From the human T2T-CHM13v2.0 reference genome, Homo sapiens: 64,000 nt of DNA. The notes below the pieces were generated by a model, which was not told the origin of the DNA, made no database searches, and saw nothing but the letters and a program-made list of their open reading frames with translations. The translations under genes and the position numbers were made by a program. The stretch lies in NCBI RefSeq assembly GCF_009914755.1, contig NC_060927.1; one strand, written 5' to 3'. Each line of letters starts with the position of its first letter. The stretch's first letter is position 1. Shown in pieces: positions 1-14,501 of this stretch.

Positions 1-217
1 AGAATTCCTTAGGGAATTAAGAAAGCAAGATAAGACTTGGACTCTAGGTAGCAGAAAGGAAGAGACAATTAATTACTTGGGGTGTCACCAGCAGAGTGAC
101 TCTGATTACCCACATCCTAATTTCATTCAACTCAGTTTCCAAATTCCAGAAAAAGTGAGCCTGAGGAGCTTGACTTAGTTTACATGCCTGGCCCTCGACT
201 ATAGGGGTTGTGGGGAA

Positions 218-307
218 GGAACCTTGATTAAGGTCCCCATTATCTAGAAACTTAGAAAAAGGGACAGTTATTCATTACAGTACTTGAACAGTGATGCCAA
301 GTTAAAA
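218..307 (+). repeat. Local direct duplication A, copy 1 (copy 2 at 2287-2376)
   Basis: Manual ungapped alignment of 90 bp with 12 mismatches (about 87%): GGAACCTTGATTAA...CCAAG(T/A)TAAAA. Confidence 0.9.
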
Positions 308-334
308 TCACACCTGAGTAAAATCACACCTGAG
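303..334. repeat. Perfect 16-bp tandem duplication
   Basis: TAAAATCACACCTGAG x2. Confidence 0.95.
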
Positions 335-414
335 CCTATTCCCTTCTCCCTTCAAAGATAAACAGAAGCCATTTGCTACCTGGTCACATACAGAGGCTGC
401 TGCACAGTGGTGAG

Positions 415-457
415 TGCACCACAGACATTGTGACTGCACCACAGACATTGTGACTGC
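415..457. repeat. Perfect 20-bp tandem duplication
   Basis: TGCACCACAGACATTGTGAC x2 followed by TGC. Confidence 0.95.
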
Positions 458-842
458 TTGTCATCAAGATTGAGTGGACCCCTCATTACAGACTGTGTTT
501 GCATTCATCAGAGTGTTACCTCTCATCTCTTCAGCTGCGTTTTGCCCAAGATGGTCATACCCAGACATGCACCATCTCATGCCAAAGTGACTGAACACCT
601 GGGAGCCCCAGGGATTGTTTTAAGGATTCATTTTGATTTTCTCAATCTAGTTTCAAAACTATGGTAAACTACCTTTTAATAAAGCTGTCCTGGAGATTTC
701 TCAATGAGACCACAAAGGCATTAGTGCTTGTCTAAATAGGTGTAAGAACATGAAGAACAGGATGTCTTGGTATCATATCAGCAGCATATGTCCAGTCTTT
801 TTCCTCAGGAGCTATTGCCTAAAATTAAAAATGACCATTCAG

Positions 843-1156
843 GGCTGGGAACAGTGGCTCATGCCTGTAATCTCAGCACTTTGGGAGGCTGAGGTGGGAG
901 AATTATTTGAGGCCAGTAGTTTGAGAGAAGCCTGGGCCACATAGTGAGACACTGTCTCCACAAAAATAATAAAAAATATTAGCCAGTCATGGTGGCACAC
1001 TAATGAAGTCCCAGCTACTTGGAAGTCTGAGGTGGGAGGATCACTTGAACCCAGGAAGGAATTGGAGACTACAGTGAGATATGATTGCACCACTGCACTC
1101 CAGCCTGAGTGACAGAGACCCTGTCTCTGGAAATAAAAAAGAAAAGAAAAGAAAAG
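843..1156 (+). mobile_element. Alu (AluJ-like), full length, (GAAAA)n tail
   Basis: Dimeric Alu; TSD AAATGACCATTCAG (829-842) / AAATGACAATTCAG (1157-1170). Confidence 0.95.
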
Positions 1157-2286
1157 AAATGACAATTCAGTGACCATGAGAAAATCTACGAGCAACAGTT
1201 TCAGTGGCAAGCCTGTTTTACTTTTGCTTCTGTAGGAGGCTCATGCTAAGCAGAATGAGGAGATATAGGTGATTTCCAAGCTTGAAAAAAGATGAAAATT
1301 CAGTTATTATTTTTTAAGTGAAGTGTAATAGATAGATAGATAAGAGATTGGTAAATTACCTTCTAGTGTGAGAGTCAAAGTTTCTCTGCATGAAATGCAG
1401 TTTCTGGAGAGCCCAAACACAGTGGGTAAAGAGAATGAGCCCCTGTGTGTGTGTGCAATGGTAAAATATTTTTTCTTCATTTTTGAGTTCCAGAGAAAGA
1501 GAAGTACTTTAGAAATCTTTTTGGAAGAAAATGGATATGTAGGGATCTTGTTTATGTTTTTGTTTTAGATTTTTTTTTTTTTTTGAGCATTAGAGAGACA
1601 TTTGGGAATTTGAGAGATTGGTGCAAAAGTGTTTGTGGGTGTTCTTTCTTCATGTCAAGCTATGAAATAAAGTCATTTTATCTCAAAAAGCCCTTAGTTA
1701 ATGCTGGGGAAAACATTTTTATCCAACCTGGAGGACACTTGGGAAAGGATCTAGCAGCTGGTGCTTTGAGAAGGAGAAGACAGACGTTTTTGGGGGAGTG
1801 CAGAAGGGAAAGGAGGGGAGACAAGGAGGTGACCAGTCTGGACTCTGATGGTGTCTTTCCCCTGCCCAGACACCCAATGCCAGGTTTTAAAAATTCATCA
1901 ACATGGAGAAGGCAGGAATACCAATTAAGTGTTTAGCATAATAGAAAATCAATTTTAATTGTCCCAAATGGAACTATTGTTTACAGTTACAGATGGCTGC
2001 CAGGCAGTAGTACCTGGAGAAAATAAATGAGCCCAGGGAGTAGGGAATTGCTTTCAATTCTTAGGAGTATTGCAGGACAGACATTGGAGAATTCAGCCTA
2101 AGAAAGTTTTTGCAGAGAAAACAGATTCCCTATAATTATAGGCTGAAAAATGTTTCCCTCTAGGACTATGCAGTTAGTAGTGTCGTCAATTTCCACCTCT
2201 CACCTTTCTCCTGGTGTTTTCACAGGAGGAGTGGACCATCAAAATAGTTGTTACTGCATGGATTAAAATCATTGGCAAAGAAGAGG

Positions 2287-2376
2287 GGAACCTTGATTAA
2301 TGTCCTCATTATTTAGAAACTTAGAAAAAGGAATACATATTCATTACAGCACTTTAACAGTGTTACCAAGATAAAA
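2287..2376 (+). repeat. Local direct duplication A, copy 2
   Basis: About 87% identical to 218-307. Confidence 0.9.
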
Positions 2377-2461
2377 CCTTTTTTTTTCTGTTTTTTTCTT
2401 TTCTATCTATTATGCTAAACTCACTTAATTGGTATTCCTGCCTCCTCCACATTGAAGAAGA

Positions 2462-2747
2462 GGGGATGGCTAATGAATATAAAAATATGGTTACATAGAA
2501 GGAATAAGATCTAGTGTTTGATAGCACAATAGGATGACAACAGTTAACAAAAATTCATTGTATGTTTCAAAATAAAAGAGTGGACTTGTGATATTCTTAA
2601 TGCAAATAAATAATAAATGCTTGAGGTGATGGGTATTCTAACTACCCTAATTTGATCATTACACATTGTGTGCACTTATCAAAACATAATGTTTCCTGTA
2701 AATATACATAACTCTGATATGCCCATAATAATAAAAATTTTAAAAAA
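2462..2747 (+). mobile_element. L1MA-type LINE-1 3' end fragment
   Basis: AGGAATAAGATCTAGTGTTTGATAGCACAATAGG...TTTGATCATTACACATTG followed by an A-rich tail. Confidence 0.85.
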
Positions 2748-3472
2748 TTAGAGAAGAACATCAGCAAAGACAACCCAAAACCACCTCTTACCTGATCACT
2801 TCACTATGTTTTCTGTTTTGTTTCTTTGAACTTCCAGTGCAAAGGAAGTATTTCTTTTATTGCACTTCATCTGTCCTAGCTATAGCTATTTGCATATTTG
2901 ACTTATCTTTCAACTAGTATAAAAATTCCTCAAAGGCAATATTTCACTTTAGCAGAGCTAAACCCATCACTTCACTACTAACTGTGTGTACCTTGAGTGA
3001 CTTAATCTATTTCCTTAGCTGTAAGCTGGGGGCCATGATGGCATCCGATTTATAGTTCTGTGGTGAGTATTGAGTCAATGAGAATGAACCTTCCAGAAAA
3101 AACCCGGCATGTAGTTTGAACTCAGACATTGACTACTAGTATGATTTTTATATCCTTTTTGTCTCTTTTAAGAAATAATTGTAACACATCCTATACAAAA
3201 ATCTGTAATTCTCCTATTGAGAAATCCTAGAGAGGAACAAAAAGAAAAAGTTGGAGATAGATGCTCACTCTAGGTAACTTTCAGCATAGATTGGCTTAAG
3301 ACCTATTGCAACAAAAGTACATGAAATGCTTATTAATATTGCAAATTCCTGACAAGACTCTCTGGGATAGAATCTCAAAATACCTATATCTTCAGTAAGC
3401 TTACCAGAGTATTCCGACACAAGCTACATTTTCAGAAGTTTGGTCAAAGGAAAATGGTCATCTCTGGATATA

Positions 3473-3676
3473 TTAACTGGTAAAAACCAGATGTAGGCTC
3501 TAAAATGCCCATGTGGAATGTTTCACTCATTTTATCATGAAAGACAACTTGCTTGGGGTGGCTGCAATCCCACTCCTGTTTCTATCCACCACAGTGAGGA
3601 TAACTGATTTCTCAGACAGTCTCTTAAAGCTCATGGGCATGGCTCCTTGGACCTGCCTTGTAAAAACTATGGGGCT
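3473..3676 (+). repeat. Local direct duplication B, copy 1 (copy 2 at 6908-7115)
   Basis: Manual alignment of about 185 aligned bp, 21 mismatches and 3 indels (about 89%). Confidence 0.9.
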
Positions 3677-3969
3677 ATTTCATTTGCAGAACTGAATAAT
3701 TAACATACATCAATGCGTGGTGCAATATAAATCCACTGTGAGGCTGACCTTGATCTAAGTGTCACAGTGACGCACTGTGGAGCTCAGTAGAATACTTTCC
3801 ATAAAGCGCAGGTGCAGGATTTTATTCTCCAGAGTCCGCTTCGATGAAACTTTGCTCAGATTTTAATTTCTCTAAAACCTAATAGTGTTTGGGAGTTAGC
3901 TGGATTTTTTTTTTTCTGAATTCGAGTTATGACTGTTGAGTCACAGAAGACATCTAGTGCTTCAAACAG

Positions 3970-4130
3970 AACTGGATTTGACTTTTGGTTCTGTGTGACC
4001 TTAGGCAAGCCATTCAGCCTTTGTGTCCTTAGGTTTTTCCATGTGTAAAATGGAGATATTGATAAACACCTCAAAGAGTGTTGTGAGAATTAGGAATACA
4101 CTTGAGAGCCCCTGTTACACACGTGAAATG
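3970..4130 (+). mobile_element. MIR
   Basis: MIR core: TGTGTGACCTTAGGCAAG...TGTAAAATGGAGATA...GTTGTGAGAATTA. Confidence 0.8.
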
Positions 4131-4233
4131 CCCAAGAGATGCCAGTTTCCTGTTCCTTTAAAACACAAGTGCAGTGTTGAATGTAGAAGGACAAAAAAAA
4201 AAAAAAAAAGACATCAAATATTTTCTCTTAACT

Positions 4234-4461
4234 CAGTTTCTTAACTTCAGGACTACGGACGTTTTGAGCCTGATAGTTTTTGTGTTTGAGGGAGGAAGGG
4301 AGACAGGTGCCCCGTGCATTGTAGCAGGTTTAGCTTTGGCAGCATCCCTGGCCTCTGTCTATCAAATACCAGGAGCACTGCCCCGAGCTGACAATCAAAA
4401 ATGTCACCAGACATTGTCCATGTTCCCTCAAGGGCAGAAATCACCCCATTGAGGAGCACTG
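4234..4461. mobile_element. MER20 (hAT-Charlie fossil)
   Basis: AGCATCCCTGGCCTCT...TGACAATCAAAAATGTCACCAGACATTG...TTGAGGAGCACTG; CAGT..ACTG ends. Confidence 0.85.
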
Positions 4462-4841
4462 TCCTGGTTCCTGCCCTATAATTTTAAGCCATTAAGTTGT
4501 AAAATCAAACCAAGAAATCAAATTGTCAGTGTTTTACCAAGCCAGTATCAAAAAGGAAACTAACCTGGCTATGATGGTTATCCTTTTGACAGTTCCCCAG
4601 CCTTATAAAGGGGAAATCTCATAGCGCTATTAGGGTATAGCAAAGGAAGGTACCTGTCACCTTGAGGACTCACAAGTAATCCATGAGCCACAACTAAGGT
4701 TAGATTCTCAGACTTTAGAATGCCATAATCTCAGGCTGGCTTATGTCACAGATCTTACTAAACTAGGGCCAAGTGCCTCTTGCTGTGTAAACTAGGGGAC
4801 AATGACTTTTGCATGAGGCTGATATAAAAATGAAATGGTAA

Positions 4842-5170
4842 GGCCAAGCATGATGGCTCACACCTGTAATCCCAGCACTTTGGGAGACAGAGACAGGGGA
4901 ATCCTTTGAATCCAGTTGTTCAAGACGAGCCTGGGAAACATAGGGAGACCCTGTCTCTACAAAAAATAAATAAATAAGAATAGTAACAAATAAAAAAATT
5001 AAGTTGACATGGTGGTACATGCCTGTGGTCTCAACTACTTGGGATGCTGAGGTGGGAGGATCTTGAGGCTGGAAGGTAGAGCCCGCAGTGAGTGTGATCA
5101 CACCACTGCACTCCAGCCTGGGCAACAGAGTTGACACCATATCTCAAAAAAAAAAAAAAAAAAAAAAAAA
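4842..5170 (+). mobile_element. Alu (AluJ-like)
   Basis: Diverged dimeric Alu with an expanded middle A-rich region and a poly(A) tail. Confidence 0.93.
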
Positions 5171-5171
5171 G

Positions 5172-5538
<367 letters not shown>

Positions 5539-6327
5539 TCAAACTGGTATAACCAGCAACTTTAGATTCTTAAGTGCAGGGGAAGCCAGATCACTGAAGG
5601 TCCTTGGTGAGCATTCAGCGAGGACTAGAGGTATGAGCTGGAGCATTGAATGGCATCAAGCTATCAGAGCCTGCTGTTCCTTTCCAAATAGGGATGTGGA
5701 CCAATGGGGCACACTGGCTAGTTCTTTGAAGGTTATTGCCACCATTTGCCTCTGCAACCTGACTCTGCTTCTGCTGATGACCAAGCATTTTAGCATTTTT
5801 TCATTTAAGTTTAATCAGGCCTGTCAGAGCTTTGCTCTTTGCATTGGCAAGGCTTTGTGAATTATTATAGGAATCTAACTGGTGGTATTTTTATAAATGT
5901 ACCGTAATTCTAGGTTCCTGAGATGCACCTTCCTGTAGACCCCACCTGCCCTCTGGACAGTCAGTCTCTCTGCTGCCCCGCTCCCCTCAGCACACTTGAT
6001 CTTTCAAATACTCTTTTCACAAGCAGGGCTATGGCATGCTTTCTTTCACACTCTGCATCTCTCTTGGAATCATGTTCACGAGGTAATAAACAGGAGAAAG
6101 TGGACAAGTCAAGGCTACGCAAATCACACTGACACCCCAAATGTCCTGTTTCCTCTCCTCCTGGTAAAATTGAGGTAGATGCAGAGAAGTTTTGGTCATT
6201 TATTTTGTATTAATTTCTTAGAAATTGCTTTGTCCTCACTTTATACATAATTAGCATTTAATAAACATTTGTCAAACAGAAAATGTTTGTATAAATAAAC
6301 AAATGTGTGATATTATTGTAATAATAA

Positions 6328-6668
<341 letters not shown>

Positions 6669-6907
6669 TTATTATTTTTTGATACTAGCTGCTGATTGCC
6701 TTTTAGGTCTTATCCGGGCCAGGTATTAACACTGTCTAGGGATTATCCCAGTTCATCTTCATAATGATTCAATACATCTGAACTTCTTTTATCACCAGAT
6801 TTTAACTTAAGTAGTTTTCCCAAGCTCGTCCAGCTGACATGTGACAGAGGTGGAATTTGAACTGTTGCCCAAAGTGCATATTTACAGCGGCTCAGGACCT
6901 TTACATC

Positions 6908-7115
6908 TAATTGGTGAAAGCCAGATGTAGCCTCTAAAATGTCGATGTGTGATGTTTCACTCATTTTGTCATAAAAGAGGACTTGGTTGGGGTGGCTGCA
7001 GTCAGCTGAGATTCCACTCCTGCTTCTATCCACTACGGTGAGGATAATTCATTTCTCAGACAGTCAAAGCTCATAGGCATGGCTCCTGGACCTCTCTTGT
7101 AAGAACTGTGGGGCT
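6908..7115 (+). repeat. Local direct duplication B, copy 2
   Basis: About 89% identical to 3473-3676. Confidence 0.9.
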
Positions 7116-7826
7116 TTAGTTCCCAAAAGAGCACAAGCCCCAAGAGAGCACAGCTGTGGTGTGATTCCTTTTTCAGCAAGCGGCTTCAATGTCTTCAACT
7201 AGGAAGGCCTTGGCAGCATTTCCAAGGCGTCAGGGAATTGTAACTATGATAATGGAAGTTCTGCAAAATTAAGCCCAGGGTGAAGGCAGCTGCAAGTTAA
7301 TGCCATTTGAAGGTTCTTATGTAAAGTGCATTAGAAAGCATCACAGAATAAGCTTTCTCATTCTGTCTGCCATGACACCTTATTTAATTCAGGTATGATA
7401 GGTTTTAAACAAGAGTATAAGAAGGTTTCAGTTACTGTGATCTTTCCTCTCTTCCTAGGAAAAGGTTTCATATCAAGGTTTCTTTCTCAGATTTTACCTT
7501 GCTCCTGACATTAAGCTGTTAATTCACTGATATTAAAATGCTTTTTTAAAAAACCCTCTAAACTGGCTGGGTTTTTCAAACATCAAAAATATAATACCAG
7601 AGCTGCCAGCTCTTGTTCCCTGTAGCTTATGTTTTGGCTAACAGCCAAGCACCAGCTGATCATACTCTTAAGAAGCCAGACAAATTTAAAACCATAGCTG
7701 CTCAAATAGAAATTAGTAAGAAGGTTAGCAGTAAATGGAAAATAAATTTCATGTAATACCTCTAAATATAGGTTAATGAAATCAGTCCTCAATCTTCCTA
7801 AGTGAAAACTAGACCTCTGATTAATG

Positions 7827-7878
7827 TTAAGATTTAGCTGGCTGTTTTAACATTTAAGATTTAGCTGGTCGTTTTTAA
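7827..7878. repeat. Imperfect tandem duplication, period 27
   Basis: TTAAGATTTAGCTGG..GTTTT x2. Confidence 0.85.
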
Positions 7879-8172
7879 AAATAACATTTAAAAAATTGCC
7901 ATTCATTATTTTCTTTTGTGTAACAATCTAGAGCACTTTTCTGTCTGTTAATCCATTGAATTAAATCTTCACAAGAACTGTGACAATGAGGCATTATTCT
8001 CCCCTCAATTTTGCATTTGAGGAAATTGAGGCCTGGATAAGTTAAGTGACTTGCTCAGCTAGAAAATGACAGCGTGAAAATATCAACCCAGTTTTTTACA
8101 CTATATATTTACTGCTCTTTTTGCTTAAGTAAGCCATTTCTTAGTAGAACTTAACAGCTTTTACTTTCACTA

Positions 8173-8463
<291 letters not shown>

Positions 8464-8649
8464 TCAATTCAGATAATACCATTCATTTATTTGCAATTTA
8501 CTGGGGCAGAAGGCATGGAGTTAAAGAGGTCATAGATAATTCCAAGTTAACAACGAAGCAAAATTAGAGTCATTTTTGATGATCTCAAAATAGATTTATA
8601 TCATTTTGTGTGAGTAATGTCAGGCACCTGAGACCTGTTTCTCAGTAAC

Positions 8650-9210
8650 AGTTACCTTTAGTATAAAAAAGAATTGTTCTGATGCTTAGTAACTTCAAAC
8701 AAGACAAATTTGTTTTGCTCATTAATCTGTAATTTGGGCAGGATTTAGTGGGGATAACTTGTCTTAGCGCTACATTGCAACAGCTGAAGTGGATCAAAAG
8801 CTGAGTGGTAGAATCATTTGAAGCTTCATTCACTCACTGGGCTGGTAGTTGAGGCTGGCTGCTGGCTGCTGGCTGCTGGCTGGGGACCTCAGTTCCACTC
8901 CATGTGAGCCTTTGTATGCCATCTATCAGTCTAGGCTGGTTCGTGCTTCTTCACAGCATGGTTGCTGTTGCTCAGGGCACACATCCTAAGAATGCGATCA
9001 AGAGAGACAGGTGGAAGATACGGTCCAAGGATTTAGCCTTGGAAAACAATATAGCATCATTACTACCATAGACTATTGGATGAAATAATCTTTATCCCCC
9101 ACCCAGATCAAAGGAGAGGTACATAGATCTCACTTGTGGGTAAAGAGGAGTGTCACTCATATAAAGAAAGCATGTGGAACGGGCCATTGTTGGAACACAT
9201 TGTCTTCCCA
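8650..9210 (-). mobile_element. Old MaLR LTR (MLT1G/H-like)
   Basis: TCTGTAATTTGGGCAGGATTTAGTGGGGA...GCTGGCTGGGGACCTCAG...CTTCACAGCATGG. Confidence 0.7.
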
Positions 9211-10262
9211 GAAGAGCTTGGTAATCTCATTATCCATGGTTGCTGGAGCCCTAAAGGAAAGGCAGGAAGATAAGAAAAAGGCAGGCAAGTTCTTATTGAA
9301 TTAATAGGTTTAAGAGCCACTTTTGTGGTCAGCCAGGTATGTATCCAGCTTAGGCATATAAAAGTCCCATCTTGCCCTTATTAATTCTCCTAACTTCTGG
9401 TCTTTCTTGCATCATTTAATTCTCCTATATTCTGGATTCTTTATGTTCTAAATTCAAATGACTCTCTAGACCTGAAAAAAATAAAAAAAAACACCACCAT
9501 GGGACTTTTAATTTTGTTCATCATGATAAAATACCTAAAACTCAGAACTGACTCTAACACAAGTTCACATTCTACTATTTATTTCCCTTTTATTTTGTAA
9601 GGTGGATCAGGGTATAGAAGACAGGTTTCCTGGAGCCTGATTCATACTGTGCCCTTGTTTAAGACTCATAATGTTGTTACACAGACAACTGAGCTGTAAT
9701 TGTAGCATTCAGATTCCCATTTAAAATAGATCCCATTTCCCTGAGGGAGATCATCCAACTTGTGTATTTTCCTGAGTGGGGCATCAGAAATGCTTCTGTC
9801 AGCTCATACATAGTATGACACTTCATTGTGAAGGCAACTCTAGTTTTCACATCCTTGCTGCACACCCTGCAATACATTTAAAGCTTGAGGATTTCCTCTC
9901 CTAACATATCCCAGATTCTTTCCATTTTCCTTTGACGCCTACTATACCTTCCCCAACCCACAACTCAAATTCTGAGCTGTAGGTGGGTTAGGATCCAGGT
10001 TTTATTGTTCCTAATGGGTCACACTGATAATAATTGTTCAGCTGCAGTGCATAGAAGTATCAGTTCAAAAACTCAGGTGTGCAAATAATTTTTGAATGAC
10101 TAAGTGTATATTTGTAGTTTGAGCTTACTATTTCACTGGGTGGTGGAACCTGATGTTGAGCAGGCCACTCTCCTGACTTCCCATCTTTTCCCAGGTTCCC
10201 AGTGCCTTCGATGTTCCCCTAGCCTTGGTGCATGGCCAGGTAAAACCGCAGTTCTTGGTCAT

Positions 10263-10613
10263 TGCTATGGTCTAAATGTTTGTATCCCCTTAAAATTCAC
10301 ATGTGGAAATCCTAATCCCCAAGGTTATGGTAGTAGAAGGTGAGGCCTTTGGCCAGATGATTGGGTCTAAAGGCAAGCCCCTGTGAATGTGATTAGTGCC
10401 CTTAGAAAAGAGATGCAAGGAAGATCCCTTGCCCCTTCCATCATGTGAAGTCACAGAGAGAAGGCAACATCTAAGAACCAGAAAGCAGACTCTCACCAGA
10501 CACTGAATCTGCCAGCAACTTGATTTTGGACTTCCCAACCTTTGGAACTATGAGAACTACATTACCACTCAGTTAATGGTATTGTGTGATGGCAGCTCTA
10601 ATGGACTAAGACA
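10263..10613 (+). mobile_element. MaLR solo LTR (MLT1A-like)
   Basis: TGCTATGGTCTAAATGTTTG...GGACTAAGACA; TSD GTCAT/ATCAT. Confidence 0.85.
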
Positions 10614-11714
10614 ATCATTATCCCTCCACATGACATACTGGAGATGTATAATACCTCTTTCTAGACATGAGTTCATGTCTGATGAACCTCACCAAGGGAT
10701 ATTCTCAGGTCTGCCTCTCAGATACTGCTATGCTCTTTAGATAAAAAAAGAACGCCGAGTAGCCCTCCCAAGTAGACACGTAGAAACTCAGTGGGGACAA
10801 GGTCTTTCACCACTTTTCTGCATGCAAAATCATTTATGGCTCCCCAATTCTGAATGGATTGAAGAGAGGTAGATGAAGTCCCTTGAGCCCCACCTGCCTC
10901 CACATACCACATGGACAGTTCTATTCTGTTGTTCCTTCTCTGTGTTGGAGTGTGGAACTCAGAATCTCATTCTCCCTTGGGCTTTACCCTGGAAAGTGAC
11001 TCATATAGGGTTCCAGCTGCCCTTTCTCCCAGCTCATTTTGGAGGTTCATAGGCCTATTCAGGTTTGTGTTAGACCGTAGCCTCTGAAATCTTTGTCTAA
11101 CCTGGAAATAAAGGGAAAATGGTGGAATAGGCTGGCTCTTTCTGATCAAAATCATTGTAACATGACTGGACCTTGCCTTTCTAAATCTGGTAATTTGAAT
11201 CTTGTGTCATTCTATAACATCTTTTTTCTAAGTACAAACGCAATCAACTCGGGGTAGGGGGAGGAAGACTACAGTTTGAACAAACTAAAAACAGGCAATG
11301 AACAACAGTCAAAGGTTCCTGCTCTTCTTTTTCTGCTTCAACAATTCTCCCAGGAACTTGAGATGTTCCTTTGTACTTCCATATGTACCATCTTATCTAT
11401 GCTTACGTTTCCATTAACACACCCATTGCTACTGCCTTGTAGAGCTATGACACCTGCCCTCCTCCCCACCTCCAGAGGTCAGTTTATGCCTTCACCCCCT
11501 GACATTCTCCCCACATCCACACATATACTTGGCAGCCAGAAAATTTCTTTCCATACATTTATGATGTAGGTATATCTGTGTCTACATCGCAAGACTTCCA
11601 GAACACTTTCACTTCGTCTCAAGTTCATTTCTCCAGATTTGTAGAAGACTGAAAGAATTAAGTAACATGTCAAGATCACAGGCTGGTACGTGGCAGAATG
11701 GCCTGTGAAATCCA

Positions 11715-12119
11715 TGGCTATGAACTGAGTTGTGTCTCTGAAATTTGTACGTCAAAGTCCTAACCCCCAATGTATGCTATTTTTGAGATGAGGTCTTTGG
11801 GAGGTACTTAGGGTTTGATGAGGTAATAAAGCTGTGCCCCTTATGATGGGATTGGTACTCTTCAAGGAAACAAGAGAGAGGTAGTGCTCTGTCTTCTCCT
11901 CTCTCCCTTTCTTTCTCTCTTTCCCTTTGCATGTAAGGATGCAGCAAGAAGGCAGCTGTCCTCAAGAAAGAAAGAAGACTCCTGTATGAATTGGCCAGCA
12001 CCTTGATCTTAGACTTCTCAGCCTTCAGATCTAGGAAAAAGAAATTTCTGTTGTTCAAGCAATTTCTATTGTATTTAGTCTATGGTATTTTATTACAGCA
12101 GGCGGAGCTAACAGAGACA
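11715..12119 (+). mobile_element. MaLR solo LTR (MLT1A/B-like)
   Basis: GTCCTAACCCCCAATG...GCCAGCACCTTGATCTTAGACTTCTCAGCC...GAGACA. Confidence 0.8.
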
Positions 12120-13073
12120 TTCACGTTTCTTTTCCTTTTTCTCCAACTTACCGCATTCTTATATTCTCCCATGACTCCATGATAAGGTACTATCATCATT
12201 TGTCTCACATTGTGCCTTTCAACAAAAAGATCAGAAAAGGAGAAGGGGCAATTGATATACAGAAAAATTTTTTTCCTTAGTGAAATTGCCTATTTCCTCT
12301 CCCCTATGTCCCTAATTAATCCTTGAAACCAGGCTTCCTGGTTGCTTGTAACAAACGGAACCTACAAGAATGTGGAAGTAAGTTTTGCTGGCAATGTGCA
12401 CTCTGTTTTGCTAGGCCGGACTTTAATGCAGACTGGTAAGCAGGCATCTCCGAGCTGGTAGAAGTGTACACTCCTGCTGTATTCCATCATGTGGATCAAA
12501 GGCCAGGGCTAATAGCACTTAAATAATAAATGTGCTGTTTTAAGGTATGCATCATTTAAATTTGAGGGAAACGAGCAAATCTGGGAAGACTACAAGGGAT
12601 GTACTTTCCTGACAATGATATCATCAAGAAAAGCCATTAATAAAGGGGAGGAAATCTTCAAGATCTCAACAGAGACCGTTTTAGAAAAGCTAGTCATCAA
12701 ATTTTGCCTTTGTGACTGGCATGGTCACTGTTGCATTAGCATATAGGTGGATCGGGATATAGTGGGGATTAAGGACAGATATGGAAATGCGGGGATGGGG
12801 AGAAGAAGGATTCCAGGAAATAGGACTTTGAGAAAAATAGAGGACTTTATAAAATTTCAAGACTTTGAGGGTAAGTATGGGTAGTCTCTCAACATAGTTT
12901 TCTGGGTTTTGTTGTTAATGCTTTTTCAAGGTAATAAGCTCCAAAAAGCATCAAAAAGCCCCTCTTCTATCTTGCTCCTAGAGAGATCACGGAGGCTAGG
13001 AGGGTGCTGGATCTGAGAATTCAGCATGAGCCCTAAGTGAATTCAGATGATATTCTCAATCACTATTCACTGA

Positions 13074-14256
<1,183 letters not shown>

Positions 14257-14363
14257 TCTGTGGTACACGTGTCGGAATTCTCTGGTGTTAAAAATACAGT
14301 GTATTGGGTTCCAGCCCAGGTGAACTGAATCCAAATCTTTGGGAATGGAGTATAGGAAACTGA
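14257..14363. mobile_element. MER5-like fragment; remaining pieces near 13068-13080 and 18088-18150
   Basis: GTTAAAAATACAG..TTGGGTTCCAGCCCAG..ACTGAATCCAAATCTTTGGGAATGG. Confidence 0.6.
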
Positions 14364-14491
14364 TTTGTTTTTGGGGGGATGGGGTCTCCCTATGTTACCC
14401 AGGCTGGTTTCAAACTCCTAGACTCGAGTGATCCACCTGCTTCAGGTTCTCAAGTAGCTGGGATTGCAGGTATCCATCACAGAGCCTGGCT
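14364..14491 (-). mobile_element. FLAM / Alu left monomer
   Basis: GATGGGGTCTCCCTATGTTACCCAGGCTGG...AGCCTGGC; monomer length. Confidence 0.88.
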
Positions 14492-14501
14492 GGGAACAGA
14501 G

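Noticed and set aside
1615-1640. GATTGGTGCAAAAGT resembling a MADE1/Hsmar1 terminal repeat
   Set aside because: Too short and no matching second inverted repeat.
6743-7033. 96-aa minus-strand ORF overlapping duplication B
   Set aside because: Non-ATG start, runs into MIR-like sequence, and the reading frame is not preserved in the other copy.
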